A stretch of DNA of 64,000 nucleotides from Penicillus capitatus (Eukaryota; Plantae; Chlorophyta): contig OZ287697.1 in NCBI GenBank assembly GCA_965649825.1, forward strand, positions 1,079,635-1,143,634, given 5' to 3'. A model generated the notes under the pieces. The model was given only the letters and a program-made list of their open reading frames with translations, did no database searches and was not told the origin of the DNA. Below, in pieces: positions 1 to 12,955 of this stretch. Both the position numbers and the translations under genes were made by a program. How positions within the stretch are numbered: position 1 is the stretch's first letter; every line of letters begins with the position of its first letter.

Positions 1-442
1 ATCCGTTTGCGCCGCTCTTCGCGTTGCTTTTCGATATCCTCTTCCTCTTCGACCGGAATCGAATCGATCTCCATCGTATCGTCGACTTCGCGTTGTGTAT
101 CGGATCGATGGCGTTTGTGTCGCTTTGTGCGCTTCTCTCGACGATGCTCTTCGCGGCGATGACGCGATTTTGACGCCGAGGAAGGAGACCGACCGACACG
201 TCGTCCATCGTCGTGGCGGATGCGTCGATGGTCGCGGCGATGAACTGGCGAACGACTTAGACGACGTGTTTCATCCCTAACAACGCACAGACATGTCCAC
301 AACAGCAACGCCAGAATACCTACCCGCACGCGCGACGACGTGGACGGTGCGCATTGTCATAGTTGCCCTCGCCGTTCTGCACGATTTCACCCGGTTCTAA
401 TTCACTCTCGGCCAAGAGGACGTGGACCCCACTTCTCTCCAT
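1..442 (-). CDS. 5' part of an Arg/Ser/His-rich nuclear protein, probably PRP4-type splicing kinase N-terminus (partial, runs off window start)
   Basis: ATG at 442 (MERSGVHVLLAESELEPGEIV...), GT..AG intron at ~279-322, then DETRRLSRSPVHRRDHRR...EEEEDIEKQREERRKR. An RS/H-rich tract followed by an EEEDIEKxREERRKR motif resembles the PRP4K N-terminus. The kinase domain is outside the window. Confidence 0.5.
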
Positions 443-622
443 GACGACGAAAACGTTGTTCAGTATTAAAGGCTCCGATTCAAATTCAAAATCCGTCGAA
501 TTCGAACGCACAAATCAATTACCGAACGAACGAACATCGTTATCCACGGCGTCGGAGATGATGTGACACTTGTGTTCCTCACGGTCAAGAAGCACATTCG
601 ACGTGCACAGTGCGAGACAGAG

Positions 623-1518
623 ATGACGTCGCATATCTTGTTTTCGCTCATCGCCCGAGGGACGGTCGTTTTGGCCGAGTACAGGTGCGTCGAGGGGAGC
701 GTAAGGGGCGAATGGGAAGGGTGTGTGGTGTAGTACCGTCACGGGTAATGCCCAATTCATTGCGCATCGCATTCTGGAGAAGAATCCATCCGTTGACACG
801 TAAGACCCGACGGCACAGGTCACACATAAGACGATGTGTGATGCTAGTCGGGTCTCCTATTCCCAGGAACGTCACATGTACCACATCCTCGTCAACGATG
901 GCATTACATTTCTCTGCATGGCTGAAGAGGTTAACGCAATGTCGCACTTATGATGTCACTCTTTTTGTGTAGGCATTCGGACATCGTATACCCTATGCCT
1001 ATCTAGAGGACATTAAAAACGAGTTCTTTGCGACCTACGGAACAGCTGCGCTGAATGTGCGGTGATGTGTGTTGAGTGAGAAGGTCGGCAGCAGTGTGCG
1101 ATCTAGGCGGTAGCTTATGAGTATGATACGGAGTTTTCTCGAAGAATGCAGGAGAAGATGGAGTACTTTTCGAGCAATCCCAATGCCGATGCGATCAATC
1201 GCGTCCGGGGTGGGATCGCCGATGTGAAGAACGTGATGATCGAGAATATCGAGAAGGTCTTGGAAAGGGGAGAGCGATTTGAGCTGCTCGTCAACAAGAC
1301 ATCCCAATTGGGACAAGAGGCGTTCATTTTCAAGAAGGAAGCTAGAAGACTGAAACAGCAAATGCGCTGGAAAGTGAGAAGAGTGAAAAGAGTGAGAATC
1401 GAAACGAAGGTGATCGTGATCGTAGAATATGAAGATGACGCTGATCATTATCGCGGTGTTGTTCGTCATCGCCATCATCATTCTGATCTCGATCTGCGGT
1501 ATGACTTTCAGTTGCTGA
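623..1518 (+). CDS. VAMP7: Longin R-SNARE, VAMP7/VAMP71 family (5 introns)
   Basis: Spliced: MTSHILFSLIARGTVVLAEY...YHILVNDGITFLCMAEE...RIPYAYLEDIKNEF (longin domain); RVRGGIADVKNVMIENIEKVLERGERFELLVNKTSQL (synaptobrevin coiled coil); C-terminal TM IIIAVLFVIAIIILISICG; TGA at 1516-1518. Confidence 0.92.
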
Positions 1519-1663
1519 TTGCGGCGACCGATCGGAGTTCGAGGGACCAGCAGGGAGATAAGGACGATGTGACGTCCGTGTCGAATGATGAGGGTTCGTA
1601 CTTGATGTGTGTCAGCCAAATGAAATGCGATGTGACGTTTGGTAAGCGACGCGCGCGATACGT

Positions 1664-2099
1664 ATGGATCCCATGGACGGAACATTGACCCGATCGCGGC
1701 TTTTCGGAAGCGGGTTGACAAAAGAGATGCTGCGCTGCATCGAAGACGATCAGCGACGAAAAGTTCGTTCCGTTACGTCCGCCGCCATCGATGACGCAGA
1801 CGTCATGCAGATTCGCGACGATGCCAAGAAGCGCGCCGCTGCTGATCGCGTCGATTACGATACGTTCAAGAACAGAGTCTTCGCCTCTCATCATTACCTG
1901 TCACATCACTCACACATTCTCACTAGGTCGCCGCCAGTCACCTCACTCCCCTCAACGTGACGTCGATCCGTGATGCCTGTCGGTGAATCATCGATCGAAT
2001 CGGCAGCGCATCGGATGCCTTCTAGGTCGCGATTTGCCTATTTTCGATCTCGCATGCATCCGACACCAAAAGATTGAAAGAATCGAGTTTTCATCGTAA
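1664..2099 (+). CDS. Small CCDC103/PR46b-like protein (dynein attachment factor N-terminal domain)
   Basis: After removing two ~50-nt GT-AG introns it reads LTKEMLRCIEDDQRRK|IRDDAKKRAAADRVDYDTFKNR|VAASHLTPL, matching the ExxxAlxxD..R.nDAKxRA...yDeF...V.asHLkPl motif. The last exon is uncertain. Confidence 0.7.
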
Positions 2100-2501
2100 G
2101 ACTTGCTATCGAGCGTCATCGTCATCACACACTTCACTTTCAGCGACGCTGCATTACTTTAATAATATACAATTCGACTCACACTCTTCTCACACACAAG
2201 AATACATGCACACATGCATTCACTTATGCCGACGTCACCACCGCCGCCTTTTGACGGAATCCCATTCAACGCGTCGTTGACATTCTCGAAAAATCTGTCA
2301 TAGGCTCCCACCCTTCACCAGCTGCCGCTTATAGGAAGTATAGACGTTATATAGCTGACAGTGTATGGCCCAATGGATTCGTCCCTTAACAGGACTCCTG
2401 CATCGGTGCCACATAAGACCAAACGAAAACTAGAAAATCCGTCATCACTAAAGAGCCCAAGCAATTCGAACTCGTCCGTCATAAACACGCAAGCATGTTC
2501 G

Positions 2502-4865
2502 TCAACGATCAGGTTCGGGTTGGGAAACTTCCGAGAAAAGATGGTCAGGGAGGCAGTGCTTGAAGTCGGACAGACCCACGTCGGAATTACCAGACGGCGC
2601 TCCAGGCTGATAGGACCCGGTTTTCGTCATCGATGACTTCACAAAGTCACGATCGACATCCTACAGGACACAGATACGATCCCGATCGATACGATCGAAT
2701 CTCATCGTACCAGATCGACGCTCCAGATCGAAGGATTGGAGGAAAAGAGGCTGCAGTCTCTGGACAGTGCATAAGGATGCTGCACCGAACCGGACGACGT
2801 TTCGTAATGTGGAGCAGGTGATGTGACAGGAAGCGTATGGCCTTGACGTCGCGTAGGTAGGAAACTCGTCATGCTTGAGTGTGTTGACGTCAGAGGCAGA
2901 CTACCGGCACGTTGTTGCATTCGGGATGCGAGGCTCATCGGCGGTAGGCCGCTGTAAGATCGCTGAGGATTTTCGCCGCCAAAGGAGTAACCCGTCGGAA
3001 GGCTCATTCTGTTATTCAAGGAACCGCTGGACGAGAGGGCCGGATCCAGTAAGGAACCGCCGAGGAAAGAGGGCAGCTGCTGGCAACGTCGCTGATTGAT
3101 CATCTGATCGTCGACGTCCGTTACCGATCGGCGAATCGGATGCAACGGCGACTGTGTCACTGGATAGGCAAAGAAGGGCTTGTTACGGAGGTTTCTCAAC
3201 AGACAGTCGATCTTGGACTGCACTTGCTCCTCTGTGGCGTAGCTACTGCTGAAAGGGAGATCCATAGACGTTGCAAAAGGACTCTGTTGAACAGGACTCT
3301 GCTGCAACGCCGCCGGCTCTCCACAGGGCAGCGAACAGAACGCCCTTCCGGAATGGCACGTCTCATCCGAAAACGCCCCCGATGACGTCATCGTCATTTG
3401 CAAGCTGATCGTCGGCTCGTCCAGCGATGCCACATCGTCTGAGCTTTCCTGCCGCGTCTTGATCGGTTTCACCGTGGCATCTCCCTCCGTTTTGTTGTTG
3501 GGTACGGTTGGAGGTAGTTGCGGCGGCGTCTTGGGTGTGATCGGCTGCGATGAGGGAAGTTTCTTGGCAGTTGTGGTTGTCGTAGTTTGAGGAAAGAGTC
3601 TCTCCTCTTCTTGTTTGACACGGGGCGTGCGTCCCTTGGGTTTATTATGCATCACTTCTTTCCATTCGTTATTGGCGTCGGCCGCCGCCGTCACAGAAGC
3701 AGCTGTCACATCATCCTCTTCATACGTCCCTTTGATCTTTGCCTTTGCATGCGCCGCAGCAACTTTGATCTCGCGTTTGCCCTCGCCTCCCTCATGTTTT
3801 CCTCTAGATTGTGATCGGGGACGTCTCTTGGACGTCGACTTGCTGGAATCGCGAGTTTTGAGTTTGGCACTCAATCGCGCCGTTGATTTGTGTTGCGTGG
3901 CCACATGCCGTTCGGCAGGCGCAGCGGATGTCTTCGGAGATCGCTGCTGCACAGATGATGTGACCCTTCTCTGCCCAACCACGGCTCGGAGCCACTGCCA
4001 TTGCCGCAGCAATCCTTGACAGAGATCCGATATCCCATAGACAAAGAGCAGTGCCGCCACCGATAGAACCGTCATGACGAGACACAGACTCATGAGCAGA
4101 ACGTCTTTATGCAAGATTTCGGCTTGAAGCTGCCGCAGCCATTTCTCGATCGATTTCAGAACAAAGCCGGCGGAAACGGACGCGCGTCTCGGTCGGCATT
4201 CGTGATCCATCGCCCGTCGTTTCTGTGGATCGTAACAAGGACGACCGACATCTGTGCCACGCTCGCGATGACGCCCTGCGGCGTGTAGGAGGGGTGGTCC
4301 CATCTCATTCGGTCGGTCTGGCTGATGGCGGTCGACGAAACCGCGAATCAGCTCCTTCATATCCGGTGATATGTACTGGCCTCGATAATAACCGCCTTCA
4401 TTCCCGCGTCCTTCTGCCTCCTGCTCCTCGATCCATCGAACGGTATCGCGCGATAACAACGCCGAGAGCGACGCTTCGACATCCACTGGCAATCGCGCTC
4501 CAGGAAAGAACGCACTCTCGACCGTTTTCTCTACAGCGCCAAGACATGTCTCGGGTGGACAACATCAACGGCGTGCGTGTACCCGAAGGCTCGACGATGG
4601 ATGTGTGTCGTTCGTTCGTCTCGCTGCATTCCTGTAGGACAAGAGGGGTGACGGTTGAAAGAGCCGCCGTAGCTGAAGGGCGTCTTACGTAGGGAACAGG
4701 CGCTTCGCTTGAAGTGGAGGTACCGGAGCGCTGTGCGTCGCTGTGGCCGACAATACGTTCTTCTTGGTGTGGCGTCTCGTCGCTGAGCGTTGTCGATAGA
4801 TGCGACGACGCGAGGAATAGCAGAAACCAAAGTGGCAATAGACGATAAGCAAATATCCACCGCAT
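2502..4865 (-). CDS. Hypothetical membrane protein: signal peptide, one TM, long S/P/T-rich disordered tail
   Basis: ATG at 4865 (MRWIFAYRLLPLWFLLFLASS). Two GT-AG introns join it to the 596-codon ORF 2702-4492 with TM LLMSLCLVMTVLSVAALLFVYGI. A final intron (GTACGA..CTGTAG) joins an exon ending DFKHCLPDHLFSEVSQPEPDR* at 2502. Confidence 0.7.
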
Positions 4866-4932
4866 CTGCGCACCACGGCAAGGAAGCCGAAAAATGACTG
4901 AAATGACGCGAGGTCGATTAAATGGAGTCCAT

Positions 4933-7203
4933 TCAGTAGCCGCCCATCATATCTGGACTCGGCACTCCGGCGGCGGATTCCGGCTCGGGAATCTCCGTGA
5001 CGATCACGTCGGCCGTCAGAAAGGTCTTTGCCACCGAACAGGCGTTTTCCAGACAGCAGCGAATCACTTTGGCTGGATCGATGATGCCGCTCTTCATCAA
5101 ATCTTCATACTGATCTGTTGCTGCGTTGTATCCCACGGCCACGTCATCGTTTTCGAGCACGTGCTCGACGACCACCGAGCCATTCACGCCGGCATTACTA
5201 GCGATGAGTTTGAGGGGATAGCTCAAGGCTTTCTTGACGATATCGGCACCGACCTGCTGCTCCTCATCGGCAAATGTCGACTTAATTCCATCGACTTTGG
5301 ATGCCAGGCGCAGCAAAGTACAGCCGCCGCCGACCACAATACCTAACCGTAGCACACGTGATCATCACACCGTTCGCGCACCGCAATATTTTGGCAAACC
5401 TTCTTCGACAGCGGCCTTTGTCGCATTCATTGCATCCTCCACTCGGAGTTTCTTATCCTTGAGCTCTGTCTCGGTGTTGGCGCCAACCTGTGCATCACAC
5501 ATGCTCGAAAGTGTGATCATATGTGGATGATGTGACTTGGATGACGGCGACGCCGCCTGAAAGACGGGCGATGCGTTCGTTGAGCTTCTCGCGTTCGTAG
5601 TCCTGTTCGGTATTGGCCATCAATGTCTTGATCTGCTTCACTCTTGCGTCGACCTCTTCCTGCGTACTGCCGTCGCCGACGATGGTACATCGCTCTTTGT
5701 TCACTTCCACTTTCGAAGCGACGCCCAATACCTCCTCGCCGACCTTGTCCAAGCTCAATCCCAACTCCTCTTTGATGACTTGACCACCTACGCAACAGCG
5801 ATCTCACTCTTTTAACCTTGATGTGACAGGAGTGACCTGTCAGGATGGCGATGTCTTCGAGATAAGACGTTCGGCGTTCGCCGAATCCGGGCGCCTTGAT
5901 GGCGGCGACCTGATAAAAAGACAGACGTCAGGGAAGATGATGTGACAGGTAGGTATGACCTTCAGGTTGCCACGGAGTTTGTTGACCACCAGCGTTGCCA
6001 GCGCCTCCTGTTCGATCTCTTCTGCCATGATGAGCAAGGCATAGCCACTCTTGATGGCCGCCTCCAGCAATCCAATAATGTCGCGGGCTGTCGAGATCTT
6101 CTTGTCCACCAACAGCAGCCGGCAATTCTGATACTCAGCGACCTACGACGCACATCCATCGCCGCGACTGCATAAACATAAAGAGAGAGAGACCATGCGT
6201 TCGGTATCGGTGACAAAGTAGGGCGAGATAAAGCCGCGTTCAAATTGCATGCCTTCCACGATCTGCAGACTGTCCTCAGCGGTTTTGGATTCTTCCAGTG
6301 TCACCGCTCCTGAAACGTCACATCACAGGATGTGATGCAGAGAGGGTAATCGCGTTTCGCTCGACCTTGTCGTCCGACGCGTTCCAAGGCACCGGAGACG
6401 AGACGGCCGATCTCTTCGTTGTTTCCGGCCGACACCGTTGCCACATTTGCCAAATCTTCATCCGATACTTCCGTCGACATGTCTTGCAATCCCTACCACC
6501 ACTCTCGCATCGCACCTCTCACAAAAGTGTGATGGGTCTCTCACTTTAACGAGCTCTGCGACGGTTTTCTCGATTCCGCGCGTGATCTGGATCGGATTGC
6601 CGCCAGCTGCGACGATCTTCATGCCCTCGGCGATGAACGCCGCCGAGAGAATCGTCGCCGTTGTCGTGCCATCCCCTGCTGTATCGTTCGTTTTCGATGC
6701 TGCCTGGCGAACGAGTTTGGCGCCGATATTTTCGACGGGATCCTCCAGTTCCACTTCCCTGGCCACGGTCACACCATCGTTTACGATCTTCGGCGAACCA
6801 TACTTCGTCTCCAACACCACATTCCGTCCCTACATACACTCTTATCGAAAAGAGTGAGATCCATCATGATGGAGACCTTCGGTCCTAGTGTCACGCCAAC
6901 GACTGTGGCCAGTTTATCTGCTCCTGCTTGCATGCGTTTGAGGGCTGAGCCGTCTTTGTTGAAATGCAGTTCCTTCGACGCCGCTCGGCAGCGAAGGACA
7001 CGCGCTCGTCCGAGGCGTCTGCATCGACAGGCGATCGAGATCGAGATCGATCGATGGGTCGCCTTACCGTGCCGATGGCGAAACGGCGGCAAAATCGGAT
7101 GAACCCTTGTACCTGCAGCACCCCATGTTACGTTCGTTCGGATCGGCGGATCGCGTTGCCGGACGTACGTCGACTTCATCGGCGTCGATCCACGGAGCGA
7201 CAT
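4933..7203 (-). CDS. CPN60B: Plastid chaperonin 60 beta subunit (~9 introns)
   Basis: Transit peptide followed by [79 protein letters not shown] and [28 protein letters not shown] is typical of the beta type. Confidence 0.96.
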
Positions 7204-7323
7204 CTCCAAAGGCGTTTTAAAACGAAGAGTCGACGTAGAGGATGAGGGTTCTGGGTGCAATGGTTGGAATAACAGGGCGAAGCTTCTAGTAAAACGAACG
7301 TCACATCACCCTCCCTCCTTATC

Positions 7324-7756
7324 ATGCACGCCTTCTGCCCTTGCTGCGCCAATCTCCTCAGCGTCCAACGCGACGAAGACGGTCAGGTGCATTACCAATG
7401 CATGTCCTGTCCCTATACCTATCGACTGCGATACAAAGTGCGATTCGATCGCTGAACGCAGGCATCTATGCAGCGATGACGTTTCGATAGCGACGTCAAA
7501 CGTTGCACACGACGAAGAAACACATCGAGCCGGTCTTCCGCGGAGACGACGCCTTTCGTGGAGGACAGAAGACGGAAACAGGCAAGCACACATTCGATGC
7601 GCCGTGACCAGTGTTTTGAAACGTCACATCATAGCTGTGTGTCCCAAGTGTGGCCATCATGAAGCGTCGTTTATCGAGATGCAGACGCGTTCTGCCGACG
7701 AGCCCATGACCGTTTTCTGTCAGTGTGCCAAATGCAAGGCGATCTGGAAAGAGTAA
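7324..7756 (+). CDS. POLR3K: RNA polymerase III subunit RPC10/RPC11 (two zinc ribbons; second intron GC-AG)
   Basis: MHAFCPCCANLL...YQCMSCPY; C-terminal TFIIS-like ribbon CPKCGHHEASFIEMQTRSADEPMTVFCQCAKCKAIWKE*. The frame needs intron 7582-7634 with a GCAAGC donor. Confidence 0.92.
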
Positions 7757-7783
7757 TCTATTGCAGTCGAGCGTCTGTCTTTA

Positions 7784-8796
7784 TCATACGAGGAGCTCTT
7801 TCTCCATAAGCAGTCGTCGTCTAGCCGGTTGCCAGAACGGAACGGGCATCGGACGATTGTGCTGAACGAATCGAAAATCGCACGATCGATAACAGCGCTG
7901 AGCGATCGGATCGTTCGACCATGCATGCAAACACAGCAGCTGCACATTCATCGATACGCACAGCGCCTCGGCCGCTTCGATCAGCAACCGAGCGACGCCT
8001 TGCCTGAAACCCCCGAGTCACATCACAGTGCAATGACAACGATGTGACAAACCGTCGATACTTGGCATCCACTGCCATGCTCGAGATGTACGCTGCGTGA
8101 TCTGGTGGCTGGGCTTGGTGGAACTGAGGTCGTGTCTCTGGACTCAGACTCAGATGTGTCAATCCCACGATACGATGCAATCGCTCCGGACCCAGCTCCG
8201 TACGATCTGATTGACGCCATTACGAGGATCCTTGTCGAGAAGGGAGGAGACGTACCGTAAGGGATCAGCTGTGCGACGAGCATCATGGCGCTGGGCGGCG
8301 CAAGGAGAGCTCTCATACAGAAATCTCTGTCGGCCAAACTATCATCCACTGCCATCTTTGTGCTGAGAACATGAGCGACGTACTTAGCATCGCGTCCTGT
8401 GATCGATTCGGGCGCTGGGAGGAAGGCACGGGTCAGGAGGGCAGCGGTATCGCAGATATCATCCATGTCCAGTGGCCTGACGTAGCACCACGTTGAAGAG
8501 CACTTCGACGGCGAGAGGGTCAGTTACCGTACAGCCACTTCGCCGGACGTTATGGTCTGGGTCAGGAACACCCGCGATTGCATAAGGGGCGAAGCTTCGT
8601 CCGAAGCGGAACTGCGAAGGAACGAGGCATGACGCGTGACACTGTGCAGGAGACGCCGTTTCTCGGCAGCGTTAGGCGCCGGCGTGCCAAACAGGCGTTT
8701 CAGAAGAGGCGGCGCCCGTTGCGGCGCAGCATGGCTTGACAGAGTAGCAGATGGCCATGGACTCAACGAATGTGCCATGCATGATCTGGAGACCAT
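7784..8796 (-). CDS. GNAT-family N-acetyltransferase with probable transit peptide (start codon uncertain)
   Basis: The C-terminal exon LIEAAEALCVSMNVQLLCLHAWSNDPIAQRCYRSCDF matches GNAT motif A/B. Upstream exons are 8023-8466 and 8524-8796, with an S/R/A-rich N-terminus. Confidence 0.72.
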
Positions 8797-8905
8797 GGCT
8801 TCGAGGTGAACGAGCGAACGAACGAACCGTGTCATCGATTCTGAACGTACGACCGCCGCCGAAGCCAACAGCGCCTCTAAGAACCACGAGCCCTTCGTCA
8901 GCGAA

Positions 8906-9394
8906 ATGGCGACTGTCTCCGAACTCGCCTGCACCTACGCGGCCCTTATTCTGCATGACGACGACCTGCCTATCACCGTAACTGAATCCCAGACGTTTTG
9001 CCAACCCGAACTCACGAACCGACACGCATCAGGCAGAGAAGATCACCACGCTGACGAAAGCGGCCGGTGTTACGGTCGAGCCCTATTGGCCAGGACTCTT
9101 TGCCAAGCTCTTTGCCAGTCGTAGCGTGGGTGATCTGATCTCCAACGTCGGTGCAGGTCACTCTTTCTCACTCTTAGCATCCCTCCATACGCTTCTTCTC
9201 TAGGCGGTGGCGGTGCTGTTGGAGCAGCTGCTCCTGCCGCTGGTGGCGGCGCCGCCGACGGAGGAGCGGCGAAGGAAGAGGAGAAGAAAGAAGAGACAGA
9301 GGAAGAATCCGCAGACGAAGTGCCACTCTCATACATTTTCACTCTTTTCAGCATCTCTCTTTTCCAGGACATGGGATTCTCTCTCTTTGACTGA
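8906..9394 (+). CDS. RPLP1: 60S acidic ribosomal protein P1 (3 introns)
   Basis: [24 protein letters not shown]|[27 protein letters not shown]...[17 protein letters not shown]|DMGFSLFD*. Confidence 0.97.
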
Positions 9395-9456
9395 GCCACC
9401 CATCCCACCATGCACCGATGCACGTGTATCTGTCAAGCGACTGTTGTTGTTATGTC

Positions 9457-10868
9457 ATGCATCCCATTCTGAACGAGATACGCAAACAGCTTCGTCTCCT
9501 TCACGAAACGCCACGCGATGGCACTTCGAAAGCGGAACGATGGGTAGCTGAGCAATGGTGGGAAGCCTTCGTTTTTACGGTACGCCTTGGACCCAACGTC
9601 CTCACTTACAGCCAATGTCTCTTTAGTTTTATTACGGGCCAAAGAACTGCTTCCAGCCCGGCGGCGACGATTTGCTCTTTCTCGTCCTCGACGTTCGGTT
9701 CCTTACTGCGAACGAGACGCCCTATACCGTCATTCGACGAATGGAAGAGTTGCCAGTGGAGTTTCATAAGAGCGGCGCGCAGTTTGGCAAAATCGATTGG
9801 CGTCAGACACTGGAACTGAACCTCGTGATGCAAACGACCTACACTGTCTTCGTCGCCATCTGCACGTAAACCATCTCGGCTATGGCCTGACTGTACTGGA
9901 TGTATGGGTAGTCCTGAGGAGATACCGTGGATCAGTGCTCCGGGGGCATTGCCTAATACCACAAGTGTGAAAGTGGCCAAGAGTGTCCATGCATCGACGG
10001 TTACTGTGGGATTGGATCTCAAATGCCCCAAGGCAGATACGGCATCGGTGTGTTATCCTGACGTCTGCTTTGCGGTGGAGGATTACGAAGACGCCTTCAG
10101 TAGCTTCGTCCGATCTCGCTTAGGCAGAGGGACGGCCGGAAAGATGTCGAGATGTAGGTCTTGACGGATGAATCGCAGCGTTTCTGCGTCATGCTGTGCA
10201 CAAAGAAGCTCACGCCTCCGCCGCCGGCGGCGCCATCCGTAAAGGAGACGGAGATCGAAGCCGAAGAGGATGGTGTGATGTGTGATCCCTTGATCCATCC
10301 ACGACGATCGCCAGTGTCGTCATCGACGGAGCTGGCTGAGAACGGATCGGATGTGACGACGCAGCATCGCATCTTTGGCGGATTGGTGTCGTTTGTGCAA
10401 GTGAAGGGTGGTCTCTTGGGCAAACCGCAGTGCATGCCGCATCGTATTCTGCAAGAACGCGTGATTCCGATGAAGGGACCAGGTTTGCGAGTGATGTCAC
10501 TCTTTCCAGAAGAGTGAGCGTTGTGCTAGGAGGGGAAGGAAAGGCAGAGGTGTTTACTTCGATCGACGTCGGGCCATCTGTCCTGCCAGTTTCGTCGCAT
10601 GCCACATCGGAGGAAGAGAGTGAGATGCCAGGGCCAAACCATCCACGCTCTTTCCTTCACCGTACTTTGCGCTCGGCCAAAGGTTTGTGTGACCGCAGAT
10701 GATGATCCATTTGATCTTTTGGTCGCAGATCTCATGCGACGGTTGGGAGGAGAAAACGAGACGTCGGTTGTGGACATCACGGATGAATCCAATCTTAAAT
10801 TTCGTTGTTCTTTAATGACATTGACACTTCCTGTCTCGATCGTTGCCCTCAAGATCTTAGAATCCTGA
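9457..10868 (+). CDS. KIAA0930-like / DUF2045 family protein
   Basis: Motifs DDLLFLV, IDWRQTLELNLVMQTTYTVFVAICT, VHAS...YPDVCFAVEDYEDAF, IFGGLVSF, MKGPG..GKAEV and CSLMTLTLP occur in the order known for DUF2045. Confidence 0.82.
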
Positions 10869-10890
10869 TGTGACAGCTGTTCCTTCGCTT

Positions 10891-12955
10891 TTAATCTTCT
10901 GCATCTTCATCGGACCAATCGCAGCTACTCGGCGCCCGATGGGCGTAACGATAGGTTCTGGCGGCGGCATCGCGGACGACCATCGAATCGGGTGTGCCAA
11001 AAACAGACGTCGGATCAAAGGTGGCCAACGGAGGGAAGATCTTGGCCGGATCGACGGTTTTCTGTGCCATGACACTGTTCTGCAGCGCCATCTCTCCTGC
11101 CCACGACGGCACGTGCTTCTCACGTCGTCTCTCTTTGCGTTTGATACGGGTATCGGTCGCCATCATACCGGCCGGCGTCAGACTGTACTGAGGCGAAGCC
11201 GCTGGCATCCCTCCTTCACCCTAGAACACATCGCTCGTCTCGCCCTTGATCAAAAACAAAGCGCAGTGTCACAGGGATCGGGGTATGGGATGGGGTGATC
11301 CGTTGTCGGGCTGCCTGTTGGGTATTCTACGGGAGTGGGGCTGAAAGTGTGTGAGGAAGCGCGGAATGGCGGCGTACTTTCTTGTTCGGCCGTATCTGTT
11401 CGGTGCGCTGTTTCTTGTTGGGGGATGGTTCGATCGCGGAGGTGCGTTTGCCTCCGGGCGGCGGCTCAGGTTTGCTGGCGATCTTGGCTGGTTGTGTCTG
11501 TTGTTTCTGAAGCTTTTTCCACTGGTCCCTCTTATCTTTTCGCGTCTTCCTCGCCGCCTCGCGTTTCTCTTCCTGTTCTCGAGCGAGCGCCGCCTTCTTC
11601 AGAGCCGGAATCTGTAACACCCTTTCTTCTATGCCGAAGACAGTGCGACAAGAGTGAGAGACCTCTGCTTTGTGTGCCCCCGATGCGATCTTGACCTCCT
11701 CCATGCGTTTAACAGCATCGATGAACGAACGAACAGGGTGTTCAGCATTGACCTGTTTCGCACAATGCGTCTCTTCTGTCTTATCTTTCTTTGTGGCGGC
11801 TGCCGGCGGCGGCACCTCCTTTTCTGTAGCTGGATGTGCCGTTTTCAAATCGATGAGATGCGCTGGGGCGTGATCGACAAGGGTGACCAAGTTCTTCATC
11901 TTCTGGACAGTAGAGACCAGTGCTGTACCAGGCGGCTTTGGAATCATCGATTCCTTTCGCCTCCTCAAAACAGTTTCCTCCTTCTCCTGTTCCTTTTGAC
12001 TGGCCTCGATGCCATCCATATCCGCATCTGACGGTAACACAGGCGCCTCCTTTTCTGTCGGATTGGCTGAACGCGTGTCTGCGACCTCCGGTAACGATTC
12101 CTCAGCAGGTGCCTCTTCGTGACACTCTTTCTCACTCTTTTTACTCTCCAGACCGTTTGCGCCTGTCACATCAAGCACGCCACCGCTCAGCCTCTTCTCC
12201 TTGACGATCTCGGTCGTCTGTGCTGCGGAGACTTCATCACTGATATGATCTGCTCTCTGCGTATCGTTCGGTTTGTCGATGTCCATCATCGATGCTGTCG
12301 CATTCGGATCTTGATACTGTGTACATTCTTGCGGTATGCCTTCTGGTATCATCATCGGGCGAAAGACTGGGCTATCCACTGGCGTCATGCTCCGATAGCG
12401 ATCTCCCCATGTCACAGGACTGAAAGCAAACGACGTGCGTGTCGTACGCGAGGTCGGTGTGCGACTGCCTTCGCTGACGTCCCACAACGGAACGGGCGTA
12501 GCGATCGTCGGACGGACATCCACATTTGACGCCGTCTCCAACGGCACCGTACCGTCGATCGACACGCGACCTTCATCACTCCCTCTCTTCCATTTTTCTC
12601 GGTAACTTTGACGTCCACTCTCTTCCTGGACGACGTCGGCGGGCGGAGGCCCTTCGATCGACTGTGCGGGAAGATCAGTGGGCGTCGTGTTTACAGCGTC
12701 GACTAAGGCGACGGTCGTCAAGAGGTTCTCTCGATAGAACGACGCGAAGAACGTATAGTTTCCTTCGACACGTCGACGCAGAAACTGATTGATATCTTTC
12801 TGTAGTTGCCCGATAGCCAACACGTCTTGGCTGAACGACTCCCGCATCGAAAAAACGACAATCGATCGATCGGAGCAATATCGGACCAATCGGTCGGATC
12901 GCGTACGATCGTCGCGCCGATGGCGATCGAGCTGTCTTTTCATGTTATCCTTCAC
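10891..12955 (-). CDS. INCENP-like chromosomal passenger protein (C-terminal IN-box)
   Basis: A long low-complexity charged ORF (11327-12955) plus a last exon HVPSWAGEMALQNSVMAQKTVDPAKIFPPLATFDPTSVF...RAPSSCDWSDED, matching the Aurora-binding IN-box (PxWA...Q...DP..IF...F...R.SS..W). Confidence 0.8.

Noticed and set aside
1035-1721. 228-aa minus-strand ORF, and similar long antisense ORFs (e.g. 15144-15710, 19771-20253, 53780-54514, 60165-61115, 61755-62468)
   Set aside because: They lie antisense to confident genes and read as codon-bias shadows with no domain-like content.
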